Shown in pieces: positions 38,939 through 49,623 of a stretch of DNA of 64,000 nucleotides. Position 1 is the first letter of the stretch. Each line of letters begins with the position of its first letter. The stretch is taken from the NCBI GenBank assembly GCA_963716395.1, contig OY970309.1, positions 928,001 through 992,000 on the forward strand, written 5' to 3'. The notes beneath the pieces are model-generated. The model made no database searches. It was not told where the DNA came from and saw nothing but the letters and a program-made list of their open reading frames with translations. This DNA comes from an uncultured Fibrobacteria bacterium. GTDB lineage: Bacteria > Fibrobacterota > Fibrobacteria > UBA11236. Position numbers and translations under genes: made by a program.

Positions 38939-40894
38939 TTACGCGGCGACGGTTCCGGCCAGGGCGGTTTGCTTGAGCACCCGGTAGCGTTCGGTGAAGG
39001 CGGGCGCCAACAGGGATTCGCGGTGATCGAACCCGAAGGCGCGCGAACTGACCGCCAGCAGCGGCGGGGCCTGCACGCGCTTGGCCACGCCCAGGCCGTT
39101 GTACAGATTCCACCAGCGCTCCAAGTCGTCGAGAAAGGCTTGCGGGGTGGGAAAAAGTTTTGCGAGATCGAGGTCGGCGGGCAAATCCAGGTTTTGCGCC
39201 AAGCTGCCGGCCAAATACCATTCCAGGATTTCCTCGGGCGAAGCGCGGTTCCAGCGCTGTACGAAGGCGAAGAACAGGCGATCGTGATAGGGATAGATCA
39301 GCGGATCGCCGCGGCCCGCATCGACGTCCTGCTCCGCGCTCAACTCCGCCGAGGGAGTAACAGAGAAGATGCCCTCGGGAATGACGCCGCGCCGGTAGAT
39401 TTCGGCGTTGAGATGGCGACCCAGGGCATACACGTCCCTTTTCCACAAATCGCCCAGCACGGCCAGATAGCCGCCGAGATCGCCGTACAGGGTGCCGTAG
39501 CCCACGGTCAGTTCAGCCTTGTTGGTGTTGCAGGAAAAAACGCCGCCGAAGGCCGCCGCCGCCGCGGCCAAAATCCGGCTGCCGCGGTCGCGCGCCTGTA
39601 CGTTTTCAGCCGCCAGTCCCTCCAACTCCAAACGCACGCGGGCGCCGTCGGCCGCAACCGCCTCCAGGCCGTGCACCTGCCGCTGCGTAAGCGCAAAACC
39701 CTCTTCGATGGAAACCTCGGCGAACAGGCATCCCAGATTTTGCGCTAGTTCCCGCGCCAAAGATCGCGTGGTGGCGCTGTTGAAACGGCTCGGCAAATTG
39801 AGCAGCAGCAATTCCTCCGGTCCGAGAAACTCGCGGTACAGGGCCGCCGCCACGGCGCTGTCGATGCCGCCGGAAATGCCCACCACCACCTTGCGCCGGC
39901 CGGTGGAGGCGAGAAAGGTTTCGGCGCCGTAGCGCAGAGCGCCGTGCATTTCGGCGAGGGAAAAAGGCGCGGCGGGAGGCGGCGCCGACGGCGGCAACGC
40001 GGCGGGCAGGGGCCGGCCCTGTTCGAGTTCGACCACGGCCACGCCTTCGGCAAAGGCCTCCATTTCAGCCAGCATCGCGCCGTCGCCGCCGTACACGGTG
40101 CTGCAGCCGTCAAAGGTGAACAAAGTCTTGGCATTGTTTTGCAGGCCGACGCAGTTGACGTAAACAAGCGGCGCGCCCAGCAATTTGGCCTTGGCCCCGA
40201 ACACGCGGTGGCGCTTATCGTTCTTGCCGCGCGTAAAGGGCGAGGCGCTCAGGTTGAGCACGAAGTCGGGGCGTTTGCGCGCCAGCACCTCCATGGGCTT
40301 TTGCGCGTAATCGTCTTCCCAGGCATCTTCGCACAGCACCACCCCGAAGCGAAAGCGCCCGCCGCCCAGCTCAAAGGCCACGGGTTCGAGGTAATCGCTG
40401 AAAGGGCGGCCCGCTTCCTGCGCCAGCTTGCGGGTATCATAGAAGTGACGGGCCTCCTCGAACTCGCGGTAATTGGGCGACAGGGTTTTGACGCCGAAGG
40501 GCTTGCCCAGCGCGGGATGCTCCCAGGCTTTGCCGCCCGCGGCCGCCACGAAGGCGTTGAACTTGCGCGGGCGGCCGTCTTCGCCTTTGGCGTTCCAGTC
40601 TACGGCCACGGTACCGAATACCGCGGCCGGTCCGTGGGCGGTGGCTTCGGCGATGCGCTGCGACCAGGTTTCGCACTCGCGCAGAAACGCCGGCCGTTCC
40701 CACAGGTCTCCCACGAAATAGCCGGGCAGGCACATTTCGGGAAAGACCAGCAGGTCGACGCGCCCCCGGTGTTCCTCCAGCCGCCGCAGTAAGGCTTCGG
40801 CGTTGCGCGCCGGTTCGCCCGGATAGACGCGCATTTGGCACAAGCCCACGCGCACGCGGGCGCGCGAAGCGGGCGCAACCTTGGGCTCGGCCAT
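38939..40894 (-). CDS. nadE: Glutamine-dependent NAD+ synthetase
   Basis: Nitrilase domain (FPE, K, LCEDAW) plus SGGIDS, ENVQAR, GYGTLYGD and PSAEL motifs. Confidence 0.95.
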   Translation of the reverse strand: MAEPKVAPASRARVRVGLCQMRVYPGEPARNAEALLRRLEEHRGRVDLLVFPEMCLPGYFVGDLWERPAFLRECETWSQRIAEATAHGPAAVFGTVAVDWNAKGEDGRPRKFNAFVAAAGGKAWEHPALGKPFGVKTLSPNYREFEEARHFYDTRKLAQEAGRPFSDYLEPVAFELGGGRFRFGVVLCEDAWEDDYAQKPMEVLARKRPDFVLNLSASPFTRGKNDKRHRVFGAKAKLLGAPLVYVNCVGLQNNAKTLFTFDGCSTVYGGDGAMLAEMEAFAEGVAVVELEQGRPLPAALPPSAPPPAAPFSLAEMHGALRYGAETFLASTGRRKVVVGISGGIDSAVAAALYREFLGPEELLLLNLPSRFNSATTRSLARELAQNLGCLFAEVSIEEGFALTQRQVHGLEAVAADGARVRLELEGLAAENVQARDRGSRILAAAAAAFGGVFSCNTNKAELTVGYGTLYGDLGGYLAVLGDLWKRDVYALGRHLNAEIYRRGVIPEGIFSVTPSAELSAEQDVDAGRGDPLIYPYHDRLFFAFVQRWNRASPEEILEWYLAGSLAQNLDLPADLDLAKLFPTPQAFLDDLERWWNLYNGLGVAKRVQAPPLLAVSSRAFGFDHRESLLAPAFTERYRVLKQTALAGTVAA

Positions 40895-40899
40895 CGCGA

Positions 40900-41388
40900 T
40901 TACCGTTTGCCCAACTGGGTTTGCAGCGCCAGCCGGTGATCGCGGCGGATGCCGGCCTGCGCGAAGCGCCGTCGCTCGGTTTCGGTTTCCGGAACGACGG
41001 GCGCGATGGTCGTGGGTTTGCCCGCGGGATCGAGGGCGACAAAGGTGAAATAGGCCGAACACACATGCTCCGACCCGGTTCCCCCGGGCGGCAGCGATTC
41101 GGCCACCACGCCCACTTCCAACGAGTGTTGGAAGACGCGGTTGACGCTGGCATACACGGTGACAATGGCGCCGGAACGCACCGGTTTGCGGAACACCAGC
41201 TGATCGATGGAAAGCGTCACCACCGGGCCTTGCACGTGTTTCATGGCGCTGATGGCCGCCACCTTGTCGAGAATGCTCACCAGTCGGCCGCCAAAGAGAT
41301 GCCCCAGCGAATTGAGATCGGACTGGAGAATGATTTCCGATGACTCGGTGCGCGTTTGCGCCACGGTGCGCCCGGTTGCGGATTCCAT
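40900..41388 (-). CDS. Acyl-CoA thioesterase (hotdog fold, YciA-like)
   Basis: DLNSLGHLFGGRLVSILD, VVTLSID and AYFTFVALD motifs. Confidence 0.9.
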   Translation of the reverse strand: MESATGRTVAQTRTESSEIILQSDLNSLGHLFGGRLVSILDKVAAISAMKHVQGPVVTLSIDQLVFRKPVRSGAIVTVYASVNRVFQHSLEVGVVAESLPPGGTGSEHVCSAYFTFVALDPAGKPTTIAPVVPETETERRRFAQAGIRRDHRLALQTQLGKR

Positions 41389-41430
41389 ATTTTGGAAAAG
41401 GTAAACTCCGACGAATTTTAAATTGGTCAC

Positions 41431-42924
41431 GTGCGCGGTCTTTGGATTTTCATCACGGCCTGGGCGGGGATTTCGGCTTTGCACGCCGCGACTCCCGATT
41501 CCACCCATGCCGTCCGTGCCCAAACGCCGCCCAAAGCGGCGGCCGGCCACGCCTGGCTCAATCCGCCCGCCCATTCGCAATGGGGTTACGTGTTGCTCGA
41601 CGTGCGCAGCGGCCGCACCTTGGCCGAAAAAGGCAGCCGCCGCCTCTTGACTCCGGCGTCGGTGGCCAAGCTGGCCGTGACCGGATTCGCTCTGGACCGC
41701 TTCGGTGCGGCGCGCCGCTGGCCCACCTATTTGTATCGCACCGGCCGCCTCGAAGACGGGGTGCTGCACGGCGATCTGTGGATTCGCGGCACCGGCAATC
41801 CGGCCCTGGGCTCGGAACGCGGCGATTCTTCGCAGCGCATCGATTCGGTGTTCGGGTTGTTCGCCGCGGCCTTGGAAAAGGCGGGCATCCGCGCGGTGCA
41901 GGGCCAAGTGCGGGGCGACGCTTCGGCCTTGCCCGAAACCGGTCCCGACCCCGGAGACTTGTGGGAAGATGTGGGGAACTACTACGGCGCGGCCCCTTCG
42001 GGCCTGTGCTTTCACGACAATACCTACACGTTGAAGCTGGATGGCTCCGCGGAAAAAGACCATGCCCTCGCCGAAGTCGGGGTCTATCCGGAGCACATCG
42101 GGGTGTCGCACTTTCAAATCCGCGCGCAGACCTCGGCGCCGTACAGCCCCGATTCCTGCAATATCCTGGGCGCGTTCTGGAACACGCCGCGGCTGGTGGT
42201 CGGCACCTGCCCCGCAGGGCGGCAACCGCTGGAAATCAAGGGCAGTCTGCCCGATCCCGCCTGGACCTGCGCGCGCGACTTCGAAGATTTTCTGCGCCTC
42301 CATCACATCGCGGTGACGGGTCCCGGACCCGACGGCGGGCGCGGCCCCGATCCCCTGGCCGAAACGCTCGTGTTACCTGCGGACACGGTGCTCCTGGCGA
42401 CGCAGTTCTCCCCTTCTCTGTTGGATCTTCTCGCCATTCTCCACGGCTACAGCGACAACCTGTATGCGGCGCAATTGCTGGCCCTGGCCGGCGGCGGCGC
42501 GACCCGCGCCGAAAACCTGCGCGCCCTTAACGGCTGGCTCGACCGGATGGCGCCGGGAATCACGCGGGAGCTGCGTCTCACCGACGGCAATGGACTTTCG
42601 CGCCGCGACGCCGTGACGCCCGCGGCCCTGGCGCAATTGCTGCGGGCCTATGCACGCCAGCCCTGGTTTCCGGACTGGCGCGAAACGTTGCTGGGCGGAA
42701 AACTGTGCGCGCTGCGGCCCGCGGAATACGCCGACGGGCTCAACGGCCGGCTGTGGTCGAAAACCGGCAGCATGGGCGGCGTGGCCTCGCTGGCCGGATA
42801 CTTGCAGACGCGATCCGGCCGGCTGCTGGCCTTCGCCATCCTGGTCAACCATTTCGACGAATCCCCTGCGTCGGTGCGCGCCCGTTGGGGTGGGCTGCTG
42901 CGCGCTTGGAGCGAACGTCGTTGA
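41431..42924 (+). CDS. dacB: D-Ala-D-Ala carboxypeptidase/endopeptidase (PBP4, peptidase S13)
   Basis: PASVAK (SxxK), SDN, DGNGLSR and KTGS motifs. Confidence 0.92.
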   Translation: MRGLWIFITAWAGISALHAATPDSTHAVRAQTPPKAAAGHAWLNPPAHSQWGYVLLDVRSGRTLAEKGSRRLLTPASVAKLAVTGFALDRFGAARRWPTYLYRTGRLEDGVLHGDLWIRGTGNPALGSERGDSSQRIDSVFGLFAAALEKAGIRAVQGQVRGDASALPETGPDPGDLWEDVGNYYGAAPSGLCFHDNTYTLKLDGSAEKDHALAEVGVYPEHIGVSHFQIRAQTSAPYSPDSCNILGAFWNTPRLVVGTCPAGRQPLEIKGSLPDPAWTCARDFEDFLRLHHIAVTGPGPDGGRGPDPLAETLVLPADTVLLATQFSPSLLDLLAILHGYSDNLYAAQLLALAGGGATRAENLRALNGWLDRMAPGITRELRLTDGNGLSRRDAVTPAALAQLLRAYARQPWFPDWRETLLGGKLCALRPAEYADGLNGRLWSKTGSMGGVASLAGYLQTRSGRLLAFAILVNHFDESPASVRARWGGLLRAWSERR

Positions 42925-43746
42925 ACGCCGAAACCCTGCCCCTGCTGGTCACGGTGCCGCATAGTTCCGGCGCGGTGCCCGAGGACATTTTCGCGCGCAT
43001 GCGGGAATGCGGCGAATCCGAAGGCTGCGCTGCGCCGTCGGCTGTTCACCGAAGGCGACCCTTGTACCGACGCCATCTACGACTTGCCCGCCGCGGCCGT
43101 CTTCACGGCGCGATTCTCGCGTTTCGTAGTCGACCTGAACCGGGCCCGCGACGAAGGCGGACCCAACGGGGTGATCAAAGTCACCGATTTCTCTCTGCGC
43201 CCGCTGTATCGTCCCGGCTACGCCATCCCCGAGGTGGAACGCGAGCGACGTTTGCGGGAATACTACGACCCGTTCCACCGCGCGGTGGAAACGCGGCTGG
43301 CCGCAGGCGGCATCCGGCTGTATCTCGACGGCCATTCCATGACGGCGCGCGGCCCGCAACTGGGACCGGACTCCGGGGAGGCGCGCCCGGCCCTGTGCTT
43401 GGGTAACTTTGGAGATACGTGCGGCGATCCGACCGGTGGCGCGCCCGTGTCGCTCGACCCCGACCTGGCGCGCCCGGCCCTGGTCTTCGCCGCCGCAGCC
43501 GTGGGCCGGGCTTTTCCCGCCTGGCGCGATGGCGATTTCGCGGCCTTGAACCGGCCCTTTGACGGCGGTTATTTATTGAAGCGTTATACCGCGCCCGATT
43601 TTCCCCATCGCGTGCCCGGTCTGATGTGCGAAATCAACCGCGCCTTGTATTTCGACGAAGAAAAGGCCGCACCCCGGCCCGGAGCCATTCCCGTCTGGCG
43701 GGAAATCATGCTGGGATTGGCGCGCTTTCTACTGGCGCGGCTATGA
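42921..43746 (+). CDS. N-formylglutamate amidohydrolase family protein; +1 frameshift near 43022
   Basis: VTVPHS in one frame; GDPCTD, SRFVVDLNR, YYDPFH, DGHSM and EINR in the next frame. Confidence 0.82.
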
Positions 43747-44598
43747 GGTGAAAATCGCGTTTAACATATACGCCAGGCGGATTCCGGCCTTTTCCAACTG
43801 CAGGTCGACAATCCGCCGCATCTTTCCCGCAGCGTAATCCGACGGCACCGGCACTCCGGAAGCGGGCGTCGGGCCAGGTTTGAATTCGGAAAAAATGTCG
43901 CGTTTGGCGATGAGATAGCTCTCCCAAGCCCAATCCGCCGGCGTTCCCCTTTGCCAGCTTTGCTCTTCGGTCGGAGTGATTTGTTTCTCCAACCGCTGCG
44001 CCAACTCTCCGGGATCATCGGTGGTCGGGATCTCGAGCAGATGATCCCAATACGCGTGCAAGCGGACGGGAGGCGCGTCTTCGCCATCGGCCTCGGAGCC
44101 CAAGCGCACGAACTTTTCGTTACCGCCGCGGTCGTGGTCGTCGGCACAATGCAGGGGCTGGTGCACGTCGCCCACGAAATGCACCAAAAATTTCAAGGCT
44201 TCGAGCTTTTGATCCCGGGAAGCCGCGGCGCTTTGCAAGGCGGCCGCGTCCAATTCGATTTGATCCACGACGCAGGCGTGATCCGGACAGAATTTGGGTT
44301 CGTCGGATTCGCGCACCGGGACGCGATCGGGAATATCGATGAAATGCCAAGGCGCGGTTTCGGGCCTTTCCCGTCGAATCCAATCGGCCCAATTCGAAAT
44401 CCGGGCCAAAGTGGTGCGCCCCAAAATCGCGGCGAGCTTTTTGCGGGCCGCTGGGCGCAAATGATCCGCGGCGATGATGGCGATGGTTTCATGGCCCACC
44501 GGGCCCCAGGCCTGCGCCGGGGCCGCCATACCGACACAGGCCAACGGAATTGTCCAGAGATAAAAACGGCGCGTGCAAGTACTTCCCGGTCCGGCCAT
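43741..44598 (-). CDS. S1/P1 nuclease
   Basis: Signal peptide then WGPVGH, WAD, WHF, HFVGDVHQPLH and HAYWD zinc-ligand motifs. Confidence 0.93.
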   Translation of the reverse strand: MAGPGSTCTRRFYLWTIPLACVGMAAPAQAWGPVGHETIAIIAADHLRPAARKKLAAILGRTTLARISNWADWIRRERPETAPWHFIDIPDRVPVRESDEPKFCPDHACVVDQIELDAAALQSAAASRDQKLEALKFLVHFVGDVHQPLHCADDHDRGGNEKFVRLGSEADGEDAPPVRLHAYWDHLLEIPTTDDPGELAQRLEKQITPTEEQSWQRGTPADWAWESYLIAKRDIFSEFKPGPTPASGVPVPSDYAAGKMRRIVDLQLEKAGIRLAYMLNAIFTS

Positions 44599-44735
44599 GG
44601 CCGCAAAGGTATCAACCCTCGGCCCCTTCATGCTTCGAGTCCATGGCAACGAGAACGAGTTGCGCTCGATTTTTCGCGGTACCTATATTCAATTCAATTC
44701 ATTTCAAATTGCACGCCGATTCCCTGGAGGACAGT

Positions 44736-45332
44736 ATGGCCTACGATAGCCCGGCAACTCCCGAAATCATGGAAAAAACCGTGGCCGCTCTGCGCAGCCG
44801 CGGATTCGAGGCCCTGGCGGTGGAAAACGGGGCGGCAGCCCGGGACAAACTACTTTCCTTGGTGCCCGAAGACGCCGAAGTCATGAGCATGACCTCGCGC
44901 ACTTTGGATACCCTGGAAATCCCGCCGGTATTGAATGGGTATCCCCGGGCCGTGCGCCCCCGGCTCGGTGATTCCGCCTTGTCGCCGCAAGAAAAGAAAA
45001 AACTCGGGTCGGCCCCGGAAATCGCGGTGGGCAGCGTGCATGCGGTCACCCAGGACGGCCGGGTGTTGCTGGCTTCGGCGTCGGGCAGTCAATTGCCGGC
45101 CCACATCTTTGGCGCGGGGAAAGTCATTTGGATTGTCGGGAGCCAAAAAATCGTGCCTGACGTCGAATCAGGGCAAAAGCGCATCGAAGAATACGTTTTT
45201 CCGCTGGAAGACGCGCGCGCGCAACAAGCCTATGGGCGGCATAGCGCCATCAACTATTTACTGATTATGAATGCCAGCCCGGTGCCGGGCCGAATCACCT
45301 TGATTTTGACGCCGGAAAAGCTGGGGTTCTGA
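44736..45332 (+). CDS. LUD-domain (LutC/YkgG-like) protein
   Basis: SVHAVTQDG, ASASGSQL and IVGSQKIV motifs; SD GGAGG. Confidence 0.8.
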   Translation: MAYDSPATPEIMEKTVAALRSRGFEALAVENGAAARDKLLSLVPEDAEVMSMTSRTLDTLEIPPVLNGYPRAVRPRLGDSALSPQEKKKLGSAPEIAVGSVHAVTQDGRVLLASASGSQLPAHIFGAGKVIWIVGSQKIVPDVESGQKRIEEYVFPLEDARAQQAYGRHSAINYLLIMNASPVPGRITLILTPEKLGF

Positions 45333-45422
45333 ATCCTTCCGCGCCAAGCGTTTTCGGCCACATCCCAAACCCGACCATATTTGACGGGCTGATTTCCGCC
45401 CTCGGCCTTATTTTATAGCTCT

Positions 45423-47207
45423 ATGAAAACCACCTGCTTTTCATCGGTTATAAAATTGGGCGCGGGAACGGTTCTGCTTTTTTCCGCAACCCTTTCGGCC
45501 CAAGCACCTCCGCGCTCCGATTTCCGCACCACGATTTTGATGAGCAATCTGGCCGACCCCACCCAGATCTGTTTTCTACCCGACGGCAAGATTTATGAAT
45601 TATCGAAGAATGGCACCATCAAACTTTATGATCCGGTCGCCAAATCGACGTCGACCGTCGCTACTTTGACCGTTTCCAATGTGCGCGAAGACGGCTTGCA
45701 CAGCATGGTCTTGGATCCCAATTTCGCCACCAATCGTTACGCCTATCTTCTCTTCGGGGTTTTGAGCCCCAGTCAGGAGATCGTGGTGTCGCGCTTCACC
45801 ATCGCCTCCAACGATCTGCTTGATTTGACTTCGCGCACCGACCTGCTTTCCATACCGTACACCCTGACCTCCACCAATGAGCATACCACGGGCTGCCTGG
45901 CCTTTGATACGTTGGGCAATCTGTACATCGGCCTGGCGGACAACACCAACAACTTTTTCTCGGGTACCATCACGGGCTACTCGCCCCGCAATCCCGCCCA
46001 CCCCGATTCTGATGCTCAGCGCTCGGCCGCCAACAGCAATGACTTGCGCGGAAAAATCCTGCGCATCCACCCCGAAGCCAACGGCACTTATACCATTCCC
46101 GCCGGTAATTTGTGGGAAAAGATCAACGACCCTTCCTACAATCCCAATTGGAATGCCGCTTCCGACGACATCAGCAAGGTGCGGCATGAAATTTATGTCA
46201 TGGGGGTTCGCCATCCCTTCCGTATCACCATCGATCGGGAAACCAATTGGCTATACTGGGCCGAACCCGGTCCCAACGCCACGGCCGACGATCCCAATCA
46301 GGGACCGCGCGGCTATGACATCGTCGCTCTCGCTAAAAATCCCGGTTACTACACTTGGCCGTATTGCCGGGGCGATGTCTATGACAGTAACTTTTGTTAC
46401 AAGGCTTACAATTACACTACCAATGTCGGCGGCGCCCGCTACAACCCCAACGCGATCAAAAACACCTCTCCCAACAACACCGGCATCGTCGATTTGCCTC
46501 CGGGCCGATCCGACTTGATTTGGTATCCGTATAACGCGGCGGGATCGGCCTTCCCCATGTTTGGGTCGAATGGGTCCATGGCCTCCATGCTGGGATTCGT
46601 GTATTACTCCGACCCTTCCATCACCTCAGTGAACAAAATCCCCCGCTATTACAACCATCATCTTTTCATTTTCGATTTTCAACGCAGTCAGGTTCGCGAC
46701 GTGGCGCTGAACGACACGGGCGGGGTGGACTCCATCGAAACCTTCTGGGATCAGAGCACATCCAATCCCATCACCAATCCCATCCATATGGTGGAGGGGC
46801 CGGACGGAGCGTTTTATTTTCTCGACTGGGGCGACAACGGCGAATATCCCAACAACTCCGGAAACGGAAACCTGGTGCGTCTCGATTATATCGGCACGCC
46901 GGACCCGGTGCTGCCGCCGCAAACGCCTGCGGCCAAGGCTCCGATCACCCGTTTGGTCATGGCCGGTTTGAATCGCACGGTGGCTTTGCCAAGCGGCGCG
47001 GTGCGCGCCGATTTCTACGACTTGCGGGGCGAGAAGGTTTGGAGTTGGCGCCAGGGCCAAGCCCGTCACGGATGGCCGGTTGGAACTGCCGTCTACCGTA
47101 ACCGGGGTGTTGCGGATGCGGGCAGGATGGGAGTAGGTCTGGCACCACGCCAAGTGTTGCCACAATGCGAAGACCGAAACGGATTACGCCAAACAACATG
47201 GAGTTAG
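45423..47207 (+). CDS. Secreted glucose/sorbosone (PQQ-type) dehydrogenase beta-propeller; true end probably 47136 (+1 frameshift near 47055)
   Basis: EDGL, LDPNF..N, DLRGKILRI, YTIPAGN, MGVRHPFR and GPDGAFY motifs; C-terminal FYDLRG sorting-like motif. Confidence 0.85.
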   Translation: MKTTCFSSVIKLGAGTVLLFSATLSAQAPPRSDFRTTILMSNLADPTQICFLPDGKIYELSKNGTIKLYDPVAKSTSTVATLTVSNVREDGLHSMVLDPNFATNRYAYLLFGVLSPSQEIVVSRFTIASNDLLDLTSRTDLLSIPYTLTSTNEHTTGCLAFDTLGNLYIGLADNTNNFFSGTITGYSPRNPAHPDSDAQRSAANSNDLRGKILRIHPEANGTYTIPAGNLWEKINDPSYNPNWNAASDDISKVRHEIYVMGVRHPFRITIDRETNWLYWAEPGPNATADDPNQGPRGYDIVALAKNPGYYTWPYCRGDVYDSNFCYKAYNYTTNVGGARYNPNAIKNTSPNNTGIVDLPPGRSDLIWYPYNAAGSAFPMFGSNGSMASMLGFVYYSDPSITSVNKIPRYYNHHLFIFDFQRSQVRDVALNDTGGVDSIETFWDQSTSNPITNPIHMVEGPDGAFYFLDWGDNGEYPNNSGNGNLVRLDYIGTPDPVLPPQTPAAKAPITRLVMAGLNRTVALPSGAVRADFYDLRGEKVWSWRQGQARHGWPVGTAVYRNRGVADAGRMGVGLAPRQVLPQCEDRNGLRQTTWS

Positions 47208-47249
47208 TGTGGCACCTTTACTCTTACTCTTGAATGAGGCCTGCACTTC

Positions 47250-49623
47250 TTAGGGTTTGTAGCTTTCAACAGATAACACGGGTTCTGAAAACCAACTGCC
47301 GGGTGAAGGCTCCCGTTCATCAAAACCTCCTAACACAAAAAGCCTGTTTCCAAGACCAATGGTAGTGGCCGAAGCGCGAGAAATTAAGAGCGATGGTTTT
47401 TGATTCCATTGATTTGAAATAGGATTATACTCCTCTACAACATTATAAGCGAGTTGGAAAGTCGGATCGACTCCGCCGACAATATAAAGTTTATCGTCCA
47501 ACCAAGCGACGCTAAAATCAAAAATTGGAGAGATTGAAATAGAAGGCAGAGAACTCCAGGAGTCAGTTGAAGGATCATATTCTTCCCCCTGGATATGGAC
47601 TCCGCCGAAAATCACGTAAACCTTATTGCCATTTTCGCATACTGCATTTGGAGCATTCGAAAAAAGATTGGATGGGCAATCGGCTTTGCGCGTCCATGTC
47701 CCTGAATTTGGATCGAATTCTCTGATTGTTGGTAAAACGGTTAGTCCGTTTCCCTGTCCTAGCATATAAACCTGTCCATTGGCCGCTGCCAAAGCGTAAT
47801 TGTCATTTACCGGAATAGAAGGGCCTTCGCTCCATGTATTTGAAGTGAGATCGTAAATAGTCATTGATGTGTCGTAATTTCCCTGATTAGGGTAGGATTC
47901 GCCCATGATATACAACTTCCCGTCCGAAAATACCGAAGCACAACCAAAGACATGAGTATTCATTGTATAGGTGGAGAGGCTGGAATCTGTGCCGTTAAGC
48001 GTGTCGAAAATTCGGACCGAATCACACCCGCTTGGGTAAACGAGTCCGCTTCCCCATGAAATTATAGGGGCGGTTAAAAGTTGGCCACTCAAACTTCCGA
48101 CAATCCTAGACGGAACCACATTCAATTTCACGGAATCCACACCACTCACCCCTTTGTCATCCGTAACTCGCAGAATACACAAATAATTTGTGACCGAGAT
48201 TTCCGGTAAAGTAATGGTAGTATCGCCGGAAGACGTTGTAATGAATTGGCCGGTTCCACCAATATCCCATTCCCATTTCACGATGCGCCCGAATTCATCC
48301 GTGGCCGTCCCTTGCAAGGTATAAGAAGTTCCATACGAAGCCGTGGTATCCTTTCCCGCATTCGCCACCGGCGGATCCAAAACCACGAATAGCTTCAAAG
48401 AATCGGCCCATTGCCTTCCGGCCAGAGTCGAGGAAGTGGATCGAAAGTATTTGGTTTACTGCCGTATCGGGCGCAATCCAAACCAAGGTATCCGATCCCG
48501 ATTTTGCATTTACACCATGGCTGCGAAGCGTATCGGCTGACCCACTTACGAACCAAGCCAACTTTTGATTTGCATAGGTGGGATTATTGAAATCCGCCAC
48601 GATTCGGACGGTATCTTTGATGCTCGCGCTATCTCCATGAGTTCCCAACACCCGCATCTGAATCGCGGTTTGCACCATGCGCGGCGGCACGGCGTTTAAG
48701 GTTGCAAACTCGAAAGTGTTGCCTAAATTCCCGTTAACTTCCTGAACCCGAACGCGATATTCCCAGGTTTGCGAAGTTGTATCTGCTGAAGTCCGATAAA
48801 GGGTGTCCAAATAAAAAGTATCGGTGACACGCGCCTTGTTGATGGACGTTTGCGAAAAGGTCAAAGCGCCGGACGAGTCGCGGTATACGAGGTAACCGAG
48901 CAGGCTGGAATACGTCACTGGGTTCCAACTGATCTTGGCGACGCCGGCGGCCGTATCCAAGCTGGCTTTGATTCCAGTTACAACAGGTATGCCGGAGTAA
49001 AACAACACCAAGGGTTTCGGCAAGGTATCGGCGACTCCGGAGGTAATCGATACCCCTTGATACAAAGGCGAGTACAAGGGAAGCGTGGTGAAGGCGCGCA
49101 GGCGGTATGCCCCTTCGGCCAAAGCCGGCAAGGTGAAATACCCCGTGGAATCCACGTTGACGAATTCATCCGTTCCCAGCACCTGTACCGTGGCCGTGCG
49201 TGGATCATCCTCCGGTTGCAATTGCACGGTTCCCGTCAGCGACCCCGGAGCCTTCAAAGTGTCGGTGGGGAGAGCGGAACTGCTTTGTGTGATCGAAATC
49301 GAATCGGAAAAAGACAGCAGACTGTCTTTGGACCCGAGTATGTTGTATTGCCCAACTGAAATCTTGGCGACAGTATAATTTCCGCTCGTATCCGTTGTTG
49401 TCGTGAATTTCACGGCCTGGTTGGTGGATGTATCACCCGGCACGTAATTCACGGGATACAAGGTGACCTTGGCTTGGGCCGCGGGCTTTCCGTCCTGGGT
49501 CACGATTTTCCCCGCCAACTCGTTGGGAATCTCCGTGCCGTTATCGGTGGTGCTGAAACAGCCGAACAGCATGAGCGCGGATAAAGCCGCAGCCAGTCCC
49601 TGTAGTTTTTTCGACTTAGCCAT
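47250..49623 (-). CDS. Large lipoprotein (carboxypeptidase-regulatory-like, FnIII/PKD-like and Kelch propeller domains); +1 frameshift near 48420
   Basis: Lipobox LFGC; PVANAGKD...WEWD PKD-like segment; Kelch repeats (LYIMG, VYMLG, LYIVGG, LFVLGG ...YDP...W). The two ORFs join as LDSG-GRQWADSLKLFVV if one base is removed. Confidence 0.8.

Noticed and set aside
43010-43040. Programmed frameshifting in the formylglutamate hydrolase, uvrC or the Kelch lipoprotein
   Set aside because: No slippery heptamer or stimulatory structure seen; the same +1 pattern in unrelated genes fits sequencing error.
44686-44712. Short pentamer run (tattc aattc aattc atttc) upstream of the LUD gene
   Set aside because: Too short to distinguish from AT-rich promoter sequence in a divergent spacer.
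47250-48400. Low-GC segment as a prophage or genomic island
   Set aside because: No integrase, transposase, att repeats or tRNA; the shift lies within one gene.
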